53,941 nucleotides of DNA from a virus (lineage: Duplodnaviria > Caudoviricetes), in the IMG/VR virus record IMGVR_UViG_3300024275_000010, positions 1 through 53,941 of that record. The stretch is one strand, 5' to 3'. Positions 29,677 to 38,297 of the stretch are shown piece after piece. Each line of letters starts with the position of its first letter. Positions within the stretch are counted from its first letter, which is position 1. Below the pieces are notes generated by a model. It saw nothing but the letters and a program-made list of their open reading frames with translations. It ran no database searches and was not told the DNA's origin. The position numbers were made by a program, and so were the translations under genes.

Positions 29677-30348
29677 CTAATTCACTTCAAATTTCAATAT
29701 TGTGAAGGTGGCAGGGGCAGTTGCAAATACGCCGTGTCCATAGCCCGTGCCGCCGCCAAGTGTGAACCCTACCCTGGCGGCGTGAGCCATTGCGTCTTCA
29801 AAGGCTGCGGGATTCTTGCTCCTGTCGCTGTTCATCACTGCTGACCAATTGCCGGCCATCTTGGCGGAGACAGTGTGTTCGCCAGGCTCCAGGGGTTGTG
29901 TCGCAAATGTGGCCCACCAACGGTAGGTTTCAAATGGACCGACACCTGACCAGTCGTCTCCAGAGCGTTGGAAATAAAGTGTGATCAGTGCTGGTGCCCC
30001 TGGCAGTGGATTGGTTGATGGGAGCACAGATGCGCCTTGTGGCAGGTCAAGCCGATAAGTGAGGGTGATCTCGCTGGCGCTTGACAATGGTCCTGTGGGA
30101 CGAGTGACATAGTGAACATGGGTGTTTGGACCGAGCGGGAATGAATCCCCTGTCAAGGTCGGCGATGAGCCTGGGGAATAATTGATACCGTTGATGGTTG
30201 GCCCAATGGACCACCCCAATGAAGCTTCAACAGGCTTGGGTGGGCTGTGAGAGCTGTCATTGCTGCAAGCGGATATTGATGCCATTGCCATAGCTATGAG
30301 CACAGAGGCTGAAAGGGCTATGGCCCAGCTTAGAATGCGAGTCATCAT
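29677..30348 (-). CDS. putative lipoprotein
   Basis: Hydrophobic N-terminus ending ISAC; beta-rich body. Confidence 0.6.
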   Translation of the reverse strand: MMTRILSWAIALSASVLIAMAMASISACSNDSSHSPPKPVEASLGWSIGPTINGINYSPGSSPTLTGDSFPLGPNTHVHYVTRPTGPLSSASEITLTYRLDLPQGASVLPSTNPLPGAPALITLYFQRSGDDWSGVGPFETYRWWATFATQPLEPGEHTVSAKMAGNWSAVMNSDRSKNPAAFEDAMAHAARVGFTLGGGTGYGHGVFATAPATFTILKFEVN

Positions 30349-30647
30349 TTAAGCTCCTGCTTGAGAGCGGCGCGGGCGCAATCCATCATCGCCAACATTT
30401 CCTTGTCCCGCTTGGGGTCGATGTTCCGAGTAGGATGCCCAAACCCGTTGCTGGCAATTCGCCCAAGCGCCTCCCTCAGTGCATCAGCTCCGGTATTGAG
30501 ACGTTCGAGTTCGTCAGCGGCTTCGTATGGCGCTCTCGTGTTCCCGTGACGCATCTGGCCTTCGTGCTCAAAGATGCAGCACCATTGCTTCGGAGACCGC
30601 AGCCGCTCAATCAGGCTCGATACGTCCACAGGTGACGGACTAGTCAT
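30345..30647 (-). CDS. modular hypothetical protein (paralog A)
   Basis: Starts MTSPSPVDVSSL and ends AALKQE, both shared with 32673-33140. Confidence 0.65.
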   Translation of the reverse strand: MTSPSPVDVSSLIERLRSPKQWCCIFEHEGQMRHGNTRAPYEAADELERLNTGADALREALGRIASNGFGHPTRNIDPKRDKEMLAMMDCARAALKQELK

Positions 30648-30662
30648 GGGAGGTGTCCCCGA
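30612..30662. repeat. 51-bp direct repeat, copy 1 (copy 2 at 33105-33155)
   Basis: CAGGCTCGATACGTCCACAGGTGACGGACTAGTCATGGGAGGTGTCCCCGA identical in both copies. Confidence 0.95.
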
Positions 30663-30858
30663 CGTTCTGGGCGATACCCTTCGGGTCCGCGCTCTCGTCT
30701 TCGACGGCGCCTGTAGTCGCCGCCCGTTGGGCTTCGATCGCTTGCGCCTGCCTCGCATCCATTGCGCTGAGGCGGGCAACGCCACGCAGCGAAACAAAAT
30801 CCACATGCTCGGTCATGCCGTCGAGATCGTCCTCACACCCCTTCAGGCTCGGCGTCAT
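30640..30858 (-). CDS. hypothetical protein
   Basis: GGAG RBS inside the 39-bp repeat; starts MTPSLKGCE. Confidence 0.5.
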   Translation of the reverse strand: MTPSLKGCEDDLDGMTEHVDFVSLRGVARLSAMDARQAQAIEAQRAATTGAVEDESADPKGIAQNVGDTSHD

Positions 30859-30870
30859 TGCGGTTGCTCC
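30832..30870. repeat. 39-bp direct repeat, copy 1 (copy 2 at 33457-33495)
   Basis: CTCACACCCCTTCAGGCTCGGCGTCATTGCGGTTGCTCC identical in both copies. Confidence 0.95.
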
Positions 30871-30871
30871 T

Positions 30872-32509
30872 TCAAAAATCATCGAATGCCTCCAGAATGT
30901 CAGACAGCACCATCGCTGAAAGACCTTTCTTCTGCTTAAGATTGCGCAATATGTAGCGATCAATTGAATTGCGGGCGATGAGGTCGGTATAATTTGAGCC
31001 GCCGATCATGCCACGTCGGTCAATGCGGTCCTCACTTTGCCAGCGGTCCAGCGCATTAAAGCTATTGCTGTAGTAAAGTGCCTGGGTGCAAACGGTCTGA
31101 AGTCCGTCCGTGCCGGTGCCCGCTGATTGGGGATTGGCCAGGAACCCACGCACACTTGGGTCCATGATGAATGTCATCTTGGCATTGTGTCTGGCTTCGT
31201 CGCTGCCGGTATATTCGGAGAAATTGATCTTGGCAGAGCGCATTGCTTCGGCCAAGATTCTCCGGTCCTCGATGAACCTGGTCCACAAGACCTGCTTGCC
31301 TTCCTTAGCATCAAGATATTCCAGGGCAGCAATTGCCCTGGGATTCTTCTCCACCGGCATCAGCCTGATCGGCACACCCCGTTCGTCAATGATGAAGCCA
31401 TTGGCAATTTGCTGAACCTTTGTGAAGGCGGCGGTAACGCTGGTGACAGGCACGACTTTGCCGTCCGCCAATTCCGCAATCAGCTCTTGCTTGACCTGGG
31501 CGATCAGCCTGACCTGCTCCGTCGTCAGATCAAGCAACCAATCTGAATAATGCTTGGGGATATAGCCAATTTGCTCCTTGGTCACGCGGTAGGTGAATGG
31601 TTCCACCTTGCGCTTGAACTCATCCAAATTCTGCACACCGGTGACGCTGACCCTGGTGCCCTTGACCGTTTGCAGGCAATACTTGGCCTTGAATGTGGTG
31701 AGATATTTTATACCCAAGATGTTCTCGTCCAGCCAAACTAGCTGGGCCCATTCGTCTGTCAGATCCTTGGCGATTGGTGTGCCGGTGAGGATTGTGCGGT
31801 AAGAACTGAATGGTTTGAGCTTGAGCATCTTGTCGTGCCGGATGCTCTGGTTCATGATGTGTTGGCTCTCGTCCGCGACGATGTGAAGCTTGCCCTTGTG
31901 TGCCTGGCAGAATTCCAATACCGCTTCCCGCGCCTTTTTTCCTCTCAGCGCGTCGTAATTAACAGAGAACCATTTCAGCTCATCCCCTTGCCACTTCAAA
32001 ATTTCTGGTAGGGGCTTATTGCGCCAATAATCGCCCTTGTATAATGGGCCATGGTCTTTAGGCAATTCGGATTCAATCCATTGCCGGTGCACACCTTTTT
32101 TGGTGACGACCAGCACACCGGTGATTTCCCCAGCCAGGAACAATTGACAACTGCGGTCTATCGCTACCTTAGTCTTGCCGGTGCCCTGCTCCATGAATTG
32201 TCCAAAGAAACGCTTGCCCTGGCAGCGATTGAATGCCACCAATTGATGAGGGTCAGGCTCACGTTTGAACTGGAAATTAATGGGAATGTGAACGGACTCA
32301 AACAACTCAATATCATTGCTTGCCCCTTGGACTTCCAGGGCTGGAAAATGAGCCTTGATGTAATCAAGATTGTGCTTGGTATTCTCAAGCCTCAACCCAC
32401 CACCCTTCAGCCAATTGCGTCTGCCCTCCAGAGCTGGGAGCATAGCCAGAACGGTCGGCGTGGCCCTGGTCATCAGGGTGATCTTATCATCTTCAAGCTT
32501 GGCGATCAT
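30872..32509 (-). CDS. SNF2-family helicase
   Basis: MEQGTGKT, VADESQH, LTGTP, SAGTGTDGLQ, QSEDRIDR motifs. Confidence 0.92.
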   Translation of the reverse strand: MIAKLEDDKITLMTRATPTVLAMLPALEGRRNWLKGGGLRLENTKHNLDYIKAHFPALEVQGASNDIELFESVHIPINFQFKREPDPHQLVAFNRCQGKRFFGQFMEQGTGKTKVAIDRSCQLFLAGEITGVLVVTKKGVHRQWIESELPKDHGPLYKGDYWRNKPLPEILKWQGDELKWFSVNYDALRGKKAREAVLEFCQAHKGKLHIVADESQHIMNQSIRHDKMLKLKPFSSYRTILTGTPIAKDLTDEWAQLVWLDENILGIKYLTTFKAKYCLQTVKGTRVSVTGVQNLDEFKRKVEPFTYRVTKEQIGYIPKHYSDWLLDLTTEQVRLIAQVKQELIAELADGKVVPVTSVTAAFTKVQQIANGFIIDERGVPIRLMPVEKNPRAIAALEYLDAKEGKQVLWTRFIEDRRILAEAMRSAKINFSEYTGSDEARHNAKMTFIMDPSVRGFLANPQSAGTGTDGLQTVCTQALYYSNSFNALDRWQSEDRIDRRGMIGGSNYTDLIARNSIDRYILRNLKQKKGLSAMVLSDILEAFDDF

Positions 32510-32676
32510 GACCTACAGGGCCTGTACATACATTTCTGATGCCGGTGGCAGGAGCCGATGCGGCACGTCTCCCAATCCTCTTGGAGACATTCGGCAATCG
32601 CCCCATCGATGATTTCCTCGCGTCCCGGCATATCGGGATCGTGGATCGCTTTCGCGAGCGCGCGATGGTTCATCAT
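32506..32676 (-). CDS. 56-aa Cys/His-rich protein
   Basis: GGAGG RBS; MMNHRAL...CRIGSCHRHQKCMYRPCRS; ATGA overlaps on both sides. Confidence 0.5.
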   Translation of the reverse strand: MMNHRALAKAIHDPDMPGREEIIDGAIAECLQEDWETCRIGSCHRHQKCMYRPCRS

Positions 32677-33140
32677 TCCCCCTCCTGCTTGAGAGCGGCG
32701 TCAGCGGCCTCTAGCGCCTCGTCACAGACGCAACGGTTGCAGGTGATGGGTGCCTTGGTGCAGTCGCCGTAGTGTTCTTCGTTGCGGCAATCGTGCAGTA
32801 TCTTGGCGGCCCAACCCGCGTCGGCATCCGCCTCGGCCATCAGCCAAGCGATTGCAGCCACATTCCGATATTGCTCCCGCAGTGCATCAGCTTCGGTATT
32901 GTGGGATGCGATTGCGTAGCGGGCCTGCGCGTAATCGTCGTTTTCGAGCGCCACCTGTAGCCCGTCGAGAGCGCCCTTCACTTGCGGTAGATAGTCGTGA
33001 AGGCCGTCGATCACCTGAGCGGCAAAGTGGGCGTCGTTTCCGTCCGCATTTTCGCCAGCCTCATGCGCCATGACATTGCCAGCGATCAGACGAGCAAGCG
33101 GCAACAGGCTCGATACGTCCACAGGTGACGGACTAGTCAT
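32673..33140 (-). CDS. modular hypothetical protein (paralog B); may start upstream at 33248
   Basis: MTSPSPVDVSSL...NTEADALRE...HYGDCTKAPITCNRC...AALKQE. Confidence 0.65.
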   Translation of the reverse strand: MTSPSPVDVSSLLPLARLIAGNVMAHEAGENADGNDAHFAAQVIDGLHDYLPQVKGALDGLQVALENDDYAQARYAIASHNTEADALREQYRNVAAIAWLMAEADADAGWAAKILHDCRNEEHYGDCTKAPITCNRCVCDEALEAADAALKQEGE

Positions 33141-33244
33141 GGGAGGTGTCCCCGATGTTTTGGATGCGAGAATGCAAGCAGGATGGTGCCCGCCGCCCTT
33201 CTTTCCACACTGGTCACACGGTCCTGCATCTGCGGGGTCAGGGG

Positions 33245-33457
33245 TCATCGTCCAGTTGTCCTGATCGCAGCAGGAGCCTCGCCAAATCCACCGCCACCAT
33301 CGGTTACGCTCTCAAGCCAGCGGCGAATGTGGAACAGTTCGCCGGCGATGCTCTCCAGCGCTTCGACGATGCGCGTCTCGTTCGACTTCGGCACGGACAC
33401 GGCCTTTGGCGCCGCATCGGCAGTCTGACTCGGCCAGTGAAAATGTTCTTCCATCAC
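33245..33457 (-). CDS. hypothetical protein
   Basis: Tightly packed minus-strand ORF. Confidence 0.5.
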   Translation of the reverse strand: MMEEHFHWPSQTADAAPKAVSVPKSNETRIVEALESIAGELFHIRRWLESVTDGGGGFGEAPAAIRTTGR

Positions 33458-33479
33458 TCACACCCCTTCAGGCTCGGCG

Positions 33480-33992
33480 TCATTGCGGTTGCTCCGCTTT
33501 GACATTGCCGTGCGCCAGGTCCCAGCGCAGATCGTTCAGGCGTCCGCCCTGGGCCAAATAATCTTCCGTACTGATGCCAGGGTTGTCGATGATGATCTGC
33601 AAAGACCGATAGCCATTGCTGTTCTTGCGACGGGGATTTTCAAAGAGCAACATGTCTTCTGGGTTCAGCTTCTCCCCACCAACAACAGGCCAAAGCTTCT
33701 GACCAGCAGCGGTGCCCTTGCGGCCGCGCTTGGATGGGGCAGGAGCGATGTCGGGTTGCGGTTGCGTTGGAACGGGCTGCGGAGGCTCGGCTGTGCTCCC
33801 TGTGGCCTGTGCACTGGTCTCTGGTTTGATGAAGTAAAGCCTGGGCCCGTCTTTGACGGACGTTTCCTGCACATCCGGGTGCTTGATGGATTTATAGATG
33901 GTGCTGGTGGACTTGCCGGTCAGCCTGGCCAGCTCTTTGACAGATGTTGGGGCTTGCTCGAGAAAATAGCGTAGTTCGTTGTCCATGGTCAC
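33480..33992 (-). CDS. HTH DNA-binding protein
   Basis: SVKELARLTGKSTSTIYK helix-turn-helix; Pro-rich linker; C-terminal NPRR...DLRWD domain. Confidence 0.7.
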   Translation of the reverse strand: MTMDNELRYFLEQAPTSVKELARLTGKSTSTIYKSIKHPDVQETSVKDGPRLYFIKPETSAQATGSTAEPPQPVPTQPQPDIAPAPSKRGRKGTAAGQKLWPVVGGEKLNPEDMLLFENPRRKNSNGYRSLQIIIDNPGISTEDYLAQGGRLNDLRWDLAHGNVKAEQPQ

Positions 33993-34520
33993 TTCCTTTC
34001 GTTGTCGTAAAGGTACAATTTGATCCTGCGAGCTTGCCTAGCCACCTGGCTGGGCTGGAGGATGTAATTTTCAAGCTCATCAAGGATCTTGAACACCTCA
34101 TCTCTGGTCGGAGTTTTCATTTGTGCACGCAAAAGAGCAATATGAACACCAGGGCAAATACCGCACCGCCAATTAGCAGTCGCATATCGCGCCTGGTCTC
34201 GTCGTTCATGCCTTGAATCCTTCCATAAATGTGCTCTCTGCGAGCGGGGTGAAGCCTGTAAGGACGGCTGGCGTAGCGTGGAGCTACGTGCTGGGCACGG
34301 GTGCCGTGGCTGGTGGTGAAGGTGCTCATGATCGCGCATCTTGGATGCTACGGGTGTCACTGTCAAACCAATAGCAACCATCTTCATAGGCCTCCCATAG
34401 CATTGGGTGCCATGAGTCAGGGCATTTGATCAGACGTCCGCGCTCAGGATCTGCACAATCTTGATAGCCACGGTTCCAGAATTCATTCCACCTTGGGGAA
34501 TTGCCAGTGGCGAATTTCAT
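33989..34520 (-). CDS. three small early genes (33989-34120, 34117-34329, 34326-34520)
   Basis: Chain of 4-bp overlaps; first gene has AAGGAG RBS after the conserved promoter element. Confidence 0.55.
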
Positions 34521-34559
34521 CTTTAGGTCTCCTTTGGCTGGTCGTTCCTTACGACCACA

Positions 34560-34596
34560 AACCCCTTATCTCTCTAAATTGCCAAAAAGAAAACAA
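34560..34596 (-). promoter_or_regulatory. conserved leftward promoter element, copy 1
   Basis: 37 bp with one mismatch to 47805-47841; followed by hairpin and AAGGAG RBS. Confidence 0.7.
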
Positions 34597-34608
34597 TTAT
34601 TTTGTCAC

Positions 34609-34995
34609 TTAAGGAAAAATTATCGTCATTGGCTTGCCCTGCTTGCGGGCATAGCGGATTGTGGACCAGGTGCCCGAGCGCAGATGCTCCTGGCGGGTCA
34701 ATGGGCAAGCGATCAAGTGCTCGCATTCATCCACAATGTCACGGTTGCGCTCCAGGTAAGGCTTGGCAGGGCGGACCTCGTCGCACTTTGTGAAGGCTCG
34801 GGCTTTGGGGTTCGTAGGCGGGTGCTGGACCGTCTTGATGCCTAGCCCTGCAGCAATGGCATTCGAGGTGGCGTCGGCCCCCACACAATCGCCCTGGTGC
34901 AGCTCGGTAGCTCCCAACTCACGGAGTTTCTTACCAACGGCCTCAATTTGTTCGTCGTTGATGCCCTGACCAGTGCCGGTGAAGCCTATGCGCAT
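34609..34995 (-). CDS. SLOG-superfamily (YspA/DprA-like) nucleotide-binding protein
   Basis: IGFTGT, HQGDCVGAD, RNRDIVD, SGTWSTIRYA motifs. Confidence 0.75.
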   Translation of the reverse strand: MRIGFTGTGQGINDEQIEAVGKKLRELGATELHQGDCVGADATSNAIAAGLGIKTVQHPPTNPKARAFTKCDEVRPAKPYLERNRDIVDECEHLIACPLTRQEHLRSGTWSTIRYARKQGKPMTIIFP

Positions 34996-35336
34996 GATTG
35001 TGCCCCTTTGTTGATTGCGAGCAAGACCAAGCAAGCGTCCCAATGGCTCTCACAGGCCACGACAATGCCCCTGTCCACATGGCGACGGACGTCATTGCCG
35101 TCGGCATAGCAGTCAATGCCCGCCAATGGTTCTGACCTGGCGGCAGCCCGTAGTTCCCGGTCCTGTCGGTCCACTTATTTCCTCCAAAACAGCTTGCTGA
35201 CAATGTTGCGGCCGATGATCTTGTTGGTCAAACGGCGGACTATCGGTGTGATAGAACCGGTCTTGACCGCTTGCTTACCTGCCCTGGCATCGGCGCTGAG
35301 ACGGGCAAGCTTGAAGAGTAGGCTGGTGAGGGTCAT
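34986..35336 (-). CDS. two small genes (34986-35174; 35175-35336, 53-aa basic)
   Basis: Contiguous packing; GGAGG RBS before GTG 35174. Confidence 0.45.
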
Positions 35337-35971
35337 TTCCATTGCTCCGATCTAACAATTATCTCATTTCCTGAGCGGGGCAGCACCGACAAACCAGCAC
35401 TGAATCCTTCACTACGTATGACAACACCGTCATAGCCTTCTTCCGCATAAGCTTGTATCTCGAACTTTGGCCATGTGATCCTCTGGGCTGGTATGACCCT
35501 TCCCTGGAGATCTCCAATGTAATCAGATACGACAATTTCTCCAATTGCGCCTGTGGGTTCTCCAAAGGCCCTGCCAGCAGCTTGCTTTGATTCTTCCAGC
35601 TGCTGCTCAAGCCTGGCAATGTGATCCTTAGCGAATTTAGGGAGAACATCGAAATTGGGTTTAAACTTGGTGACTGAACGCTGCAATGTCCTGGCATCAA
35701 TAAAACGATCGCTGGCCTCTTCCAAAGAGCTAAGCACACCAGCGGTATCGATGCTCTGCAGATCGCTCAGTACCTGGTCCAGAGCGGCAATGGCGGATTC
35801 CGCAGCTGTTCCCCTGTCTGACGACTTTAGGCCTTCTGGCATAGCATTAAGATATTCCTGCTCGTCGTCCCTGATCTGCTCTACCAGACCAGATATCCTT
35901 AAGACCTGGTCAGCCAGCTGAGAAAGATCAGGAGCAAGGGCAGCGATCTCTCGCCTGCGATCTTCATTCAC
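35333..35971 (-). CDS. hypothetical two-domain protein
   Basis: GGAG RBS, GTG 35971; N-terminal NxxRR...EQEY..AMPE.L..S.RG motif seen in phage hypotheticals. Confidence 0.65.
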   Translation of the reverse strand: MNEDRRREIAALAPDLSQLADQVLRISGLVEQIRDDEQEYLNAMPEGLKSSDRGTAAESAIAALDQVLSDLQSIDTAGVLSSLEEASDRFIDARTLQRSVTKFKPNFDVLPKFAKDHIARLEQQLEESKQAAGRAFGEPTGAIGEIVVSDYIGDLQGRVIPAQRITWPKFEIQAYAEEGYDGVVIRSEGFSAGLSVLPRSGNEIIVRSEQWK

Positions 35972-36435
35972 AGTGACTTCTCCACAATCCAAATTTGCAG
36001 CACCCGCTTGGAACGCCTGATGGTCCAATCAACCATTTTGCCGTCAACGAATGCCGACACATGGCTTTCTGTGAAGATCAGCGCGTCCGGCATATTCTCC
36101 CAAGCTCGCTTAAAGCGGCGCGGGTGATGGGTGGTGACATTTTGCAGCTGGGAGTGCTTGCCTGGGTAGGTCTTGACGATCTCCATCAGCTCTTTGTGGC
36201 CAAGCTTGGTGATCTTATACCCCAGGGCCTGCAATGCCCTTTCTTGCTGCCACTTGTAGGTGCCACGTCCAGGCTTGCGTCCCTCAGCAAATAGGGCTTC
36301 CTGGACCGTTTTGCCGCTCAGGCCTGTGACTGCTGCCAGGGCGACCACGGCACAAGCTGCTCCGTCGCCCTTGATTTCTTGCCTCAGGCGGGTGTAGAGC
36401 TCTGGCACCTTGGCTGTCTTTTTGTGAGCCATCAC
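35968..36435 (-). CDS. hypothetical protein with Cys...His-x4-Asp arrangement
   Basis: ACAVVALAAVTG ... HVSAFVDG..VDW. Confidence 0.65.
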   Translation of the reverse strand: MMAHKKTAKVPELYTRLRQEIKGDGAACAVVALAAVTGLSGKTVQEALFAEGRKPGRGTYKWQQERALQALGYKITKLGHKELMEIVKTYPGKHSQLQNVTTHHPRRFKRAWENMPDALIFTESHVSAFVDGKMVDWTIRRSKRVLQIWIVEKSL

Positions 36436-37258
36436 CTTGCCTCTTTCGCTGATCGCGATCTGTTTATTTCTCGGAAGTCCGCCCCTGCCCTGACAGCAGG
36501 GTGGTCGTCAGCTTGCCCCTGCAAAATCTTGGCACGGACAGTAATTGATTTAGGATCATCTCCCCTGATGGAATTTGCACCGTCGATGCGGTCTTGTTGG
36601 GTGACTTTCTCAAGCATCACCTTGCCCCTTCCGTAAACCTGACCTCACCACCGACTGCGGGCTTGAACGTGCCGCGCAGAATCAGCGGCACATAGAGCGT
36701 CTTGAATACACCAGCGCCGTGCTCCGCGATGAAAGCGTGGAAGGGGAAACTGCCGGGGGCAGTGACGATTGCGCGGGAATCAGCGTCGGCGGCAGAGAGG
36801 CGTTGGGCCTCATCAACGTCGCGACAGAAGACCGTGATTGGGGTGATCTTGGTGGGCATTAGCCTTCCCCTCTCAAGATTGGTTCGATGACCACTTTGAC
36901 CGGGAAAGCTGGAGCACGCATGGGTCCAACTTTCTGCCTGTAGGCGGCAGTTCGGGCGTGACGCTTCCACCAAGCGGCATGCTTGCGGAATTTGGGTGCA
37001 TATGACTCATCTGCCACGGTGTAGCAAAATTTGTCACCGCACGCATCTTGGACGTAAAAAGCACAATCAGCCACGAGCTGCCTCCATAACTTGGGCAAAG
37101 GTGAAAATCCGGCCTGTGCCGTTGTCGTTGACGCGGTAGCCACGACGGGCATTCGCATACGGCATCGGCGAAGAGTGGTCGGGGATCGCATAAGGTGCGA
37201 TGACCGTGATGCCCTTGCAGGAGAGGCGGCGAAGGGTGGAGGCAGAGAAGTCGCGCAT
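36432..37258 (-). CDS. four small early genes (36432-36620, 36617-36859, 36859-37074, 37067-37258)
   Basis: Coupled ORFs with RBSs (AAGGAG before 37258, GGAGG before 37074). Confidence 0.55.
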
Positions 37259-37261
37259 AAG

Positions 37262-37478
37262 ACGCTCCTTAGAGTTGGTGGGTCGTTTCTGGCTTCCCAA
37301 TACGATCATTCTCGGCCAAATTGACAAAAAAGAAAAGAGAATTCTTTCATTATAATTCAAGCACTTAGAAGAAAGTTTCAAAAAAGATCAAAAAAACACG
37401 TTTCTTTTTGAATTGTCTTGGCCGATAAGGGATCTGGCGGTTCACCTTGTCCGCTGCAAGAAAAGGTACAATGAGATT
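37262..37478. promoter_or_regulatory. AT-rich divergent control region
   Basis: Separates - and + gene blocks; A-tracts; degenerate third copy of promoter element (AAATTGACAAAAAAGAAAA ~37318); TACAAT at 37467-37472. Confidence 0.6.
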
Positions 37479-38297
37479 ATGGCCAAGAAAGACCAAGCCC
37501 TGGTGCCCACGGGACCAGGCGACCAGTCGGTAGCGATCGCCGACGATTTCTTCCAATCACAAGCGGGTGCGGGCCTTGACAATGTCACAGCTGCTGACAT
37601 GTTGGTGCCCAGACTCACAATTCTCCAAAGCTTGTCACCTCAGCTCAAGCCACGTGACGCTGCTTATATAGAAGGCGCCAAGGTCGGCGACATCTGTGAT
37701 GTCGGCACCGGCCAATTGTTCCCAGGCACTATCCTGTTCCTACCGGTTTATTACCGCAAGGACTATCTGGAATGGGCGCCACGCTCGTCTGGTGGTGGCC
37801 TGGTAGCTATCCACAGCGATCCGGCAATTCTCGAGCGCACAACCCGCAATGACAAGAAGCAGCCCCTGTTGCCCAATGGCAACTTGGTAGCGGAAACAGC
37901 CCAATTCTACGGGTTCAACCTTTCTGCGCAGCGGCAGATGTGCTTTATTCCCATGGCAAGCACCCAACTGAAGAAGGCGCGCAAATGGATCACCATGGCC
38001 GCTGGCGAAAAGCTGCGTAGGCGTGATGGATCTGAGTTCACAGCGCCATTATTCTACCGTGCTTATGAGCTGGGCACAGCGGAAGAAAGCAATGCCCAGG
38101 GAGATTGGGCAGGGTGGAAGGTCGATCGCGGTCCTGCTCTGAATGAGATGGAGTTCGACGGCACGCCTTGGCAAACCGTTGCCCAGGCAGCGGCCGACTT
38201 CCGGCTCTCGATCATGGCTGGTGAAGCCAAGGGCGACATCTCCGACATGAACAGCGACATCGAGGGCGAAGTCAGTCACGAAACTGCGGAGATGTAA
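37479..38297 (+). CDS. putative ssDNA-binding protein
   Basis: D..VPRL.ILQSLSPQ, M.STQLK..RKW motifs; acidic C-terminal tail. Confidence 0.6.
   Translation: MAKKDQALVPTGPGDQSVAIADDFFQSQAGAGLDNVTAADMLVPRLTILQSLSPQLKPRDAAYIEGAKVGDICDVGTGQLFPGTILFLPVYYRKDYLEWAPRSSGGGLVAIHSDPAILERTTRNDKKQPLLPNGNLVAETAQFYGFNLSAQRQMCFIPMASTQLKKARKWITMAAGEKLRRRDGSEFTAPLFYRAYELGTAEESNAQGDWAGWKVDRGPALNEMEFDGTPWQTVAQAAADFRLSIMAGEAKGDISDMNSDIEGEVSHETAEM

Noticed and set aside
30354-33495. Repeats as a CRISPR array, att sites or DGR template/variable repeats
   Set aside because: Each repeat occurs only twice, there is no regular repeat-spacer period or adenine-specific mismatch pattern, and no cas, integrase or reverse transcriptase gene was recognised
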